64,000 bases of DNA from Mobula hypostoma (Eukaryota), in assembly GCF_963921235.1 (NCBI RefSeq), contig NC_086097.1, forward strand, positions 138,324,001 through 138,388,000, read 5' to 3'. The notes beneath the pieces were generated by a model. The model was not told the DNA's origin. It did not search any database and was given only the letters and a program-made list of their open reading frames with translations. Positions 62,497 to 64,000 of the stretch are shown here, in pieces. The translations under genes were made by a program, and so were the position numbers. Position 1 is the stretch's first letter; every line of letters starts with the position of its first letter.

Positions 62497-63723
62497 CTAG
62501 ACAACAGGGTGACCCGTTGGGACCCCCTTTGAGAGAAGGGAGGTGTAGTCTAATGTGACCAGAATGAACATTAAATTTTTCTGAATGCTATTGGTATCAC
62601 TTTGTTTTGGAAACTGAAGTAGAAACTTCAGTTTATTAAAGAAGAACGATGCGTAGCAAAGCAAATATAGCTCCTCCTCATTTGACAAAGGACACTTCTG
62701 ATGGCAGCATTTCTGGTTTATCTGCCATCCTCGTGCCTCTTGTTGTCATTCTAGAGACGTGCAGTCTTTTCATCCCCCGTCTCTTCATCTCTTCTGCTGT
62801 TTGTTCTTTGTCTCTGATCCTGGAGACGTGCATTTCTCAGCTCCTTTGTCTCTTCCTCGCTCTTCCTTCTGTACCTGTTTTTGTCATTCTGGAGACATGC
62901 AGCCCTTTCATCCTGTCTCTTCAGCTCTTCTGCTGTTTGTCTCTGATCCTGGAGAAGTGCATTCCTCTCCTCCTCCGCCTCCTCTTCTCTCATCTTTTTT
63001 TGTCCTGACTCCTTGATCCTGGAGTCATGCAGCCCTGGCCTCATCCGATTCTTGATCTCTCCCTCTCCTTGCCGCTTCCCGATGACATCTGGCGTCATCT
63101 CTTGACCATAATGTCCCCATTCCCTTTCCACACGGCATAATTAAGCTGACCATTTTTTTTTACCCAAATGCTGGATAGAAGATACGAAGCAGTAACACCA
63201 AAGGATGCTGATTATACTTGATGATGTGGTTGGCGCTCTCCTAAATGGACGTGATATAGTCACCACTGTCCTTTGACTGCAGCAAAGGGTTTTATGGGTG
63301 TCTCGAAGTACGTCATTACAATAAGATTTAATTATCTCTTATTGATGGGTGGCAGTTAGATCTGTCCCAATCCTGCACATGCTGATGGTGATTAGCAGAA
63401 TCTGACCCCTTGAAATAGAGCTGCCCTGCCCTTTTGCTCTGGTAGGTGTCGCTGCTGAGGCTGGCCATGTGCATGCATCAGTTTATCACATCCTGATTTC
63501 CATGATGGCCGATTGGTTCTCGGATGAAAGCCAGCCTGTTGATTTTTGGTGAATGAGAAATTTTATACAAATACATAACCCTGAACTTTGCCTACATTCT
63601 GTAAGTTAGCGCATTTTAATTCAATTTAGCCCAAAAAAGTGCCGCTGTAATGCACCATTTGCGCTAATTGGAGGTCACAAACAGGCAAACAGACAGAGCA
63701 TGAAAGTTTTAGTAGTATATAGA
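62497..63723 (-). mobile_element. Non-autonomous Helitron (1227 bp) retaining a charged-repeat ORF remnant
   Basis: Minus strand reads A|TCTATATACTACTAAAAC ... GGGGTCCCAACGGGTCACCC-TGTTGT-CTAG|T, giving a 5' TC, 3' CTAG, subterminal GC hairpin, A|T insertion site and no TSD. ORF 62751-63131 has E..EE.RNARLQDQRQ repeats. Confidence 0.85.
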
Positions 63724-64000
63724 TAGCTGACTGCCAGAACATCTCACAAATCCATCACTTGAGTTACAACATTTGTTAATGAATTTAACATTTCCAAGAA
63801 TAATGAAGATTGCAAGAGTAGAAAGGAGTTGAGTGAATCATCACAAAACCTCTGGAATCTTTCACCAAGATATTGAAGTTTTATCAGGACCATATTACTT
63901 CTACCAACTTATCCACAAAATGATTTTACACCACAATCGAATCGAATTTACTTGTTTTATATACAAAAAATAAGTGTTATGAGTATAATACAAATTTCTA

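Noticed and set aside
130..63131. Most remaining short ORFs in the supplied track
   Set aside because: They are alternative frames or antisense reads of transposon remnants, or random ORFs in AT-rich intron with non-ATG starts and no recognisable domains.

Overview
Eukaryotic (vertebrate) genomic DNA, most likely a cartilaginous fish; this is inferred from the CR1, Deu-domain SINE, Rex1, Penelope and HE1-like repeat mix. The window lies inside the gene EMC2 (TTC35, ER membrane complex subunit 2) on the minus strand. Three short coding exons missed by the ORF track (39892-39956, 33992-34077, 33651-33708) have GT/AG boundaries and splice in frame to [70 protein letters not shown] could not find the flanking exons, so the rest appears to be two very long introns (>33 kb and >24 kb) packed with nested transposons: CR1, Rex1/Babar, RTE and HERO-like LINEs, Penelope-like elements (PLEs), Tc1 and hAT/Buster DNA transposons and MITEs, a Helitron, and SINEs. 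The most unusual signal is a set of five independent fold-back insertions (about 0.2-1.1 kb). Each consists of two inverted copies of the PLE 3' end carrying a minimal hammerhead-ribozyme motif (CUGANGA...GAAA-CG-UC), with the same arm asymmetry and, in three cases, TSD-like flanks. One copy (54186-54221) keeps an intact catalytic core in the sense orientation of the EMC2 pre-mRNA. Boundaries of old repeats were set by eye and are approximate, and family names come from recognition, not a database search.
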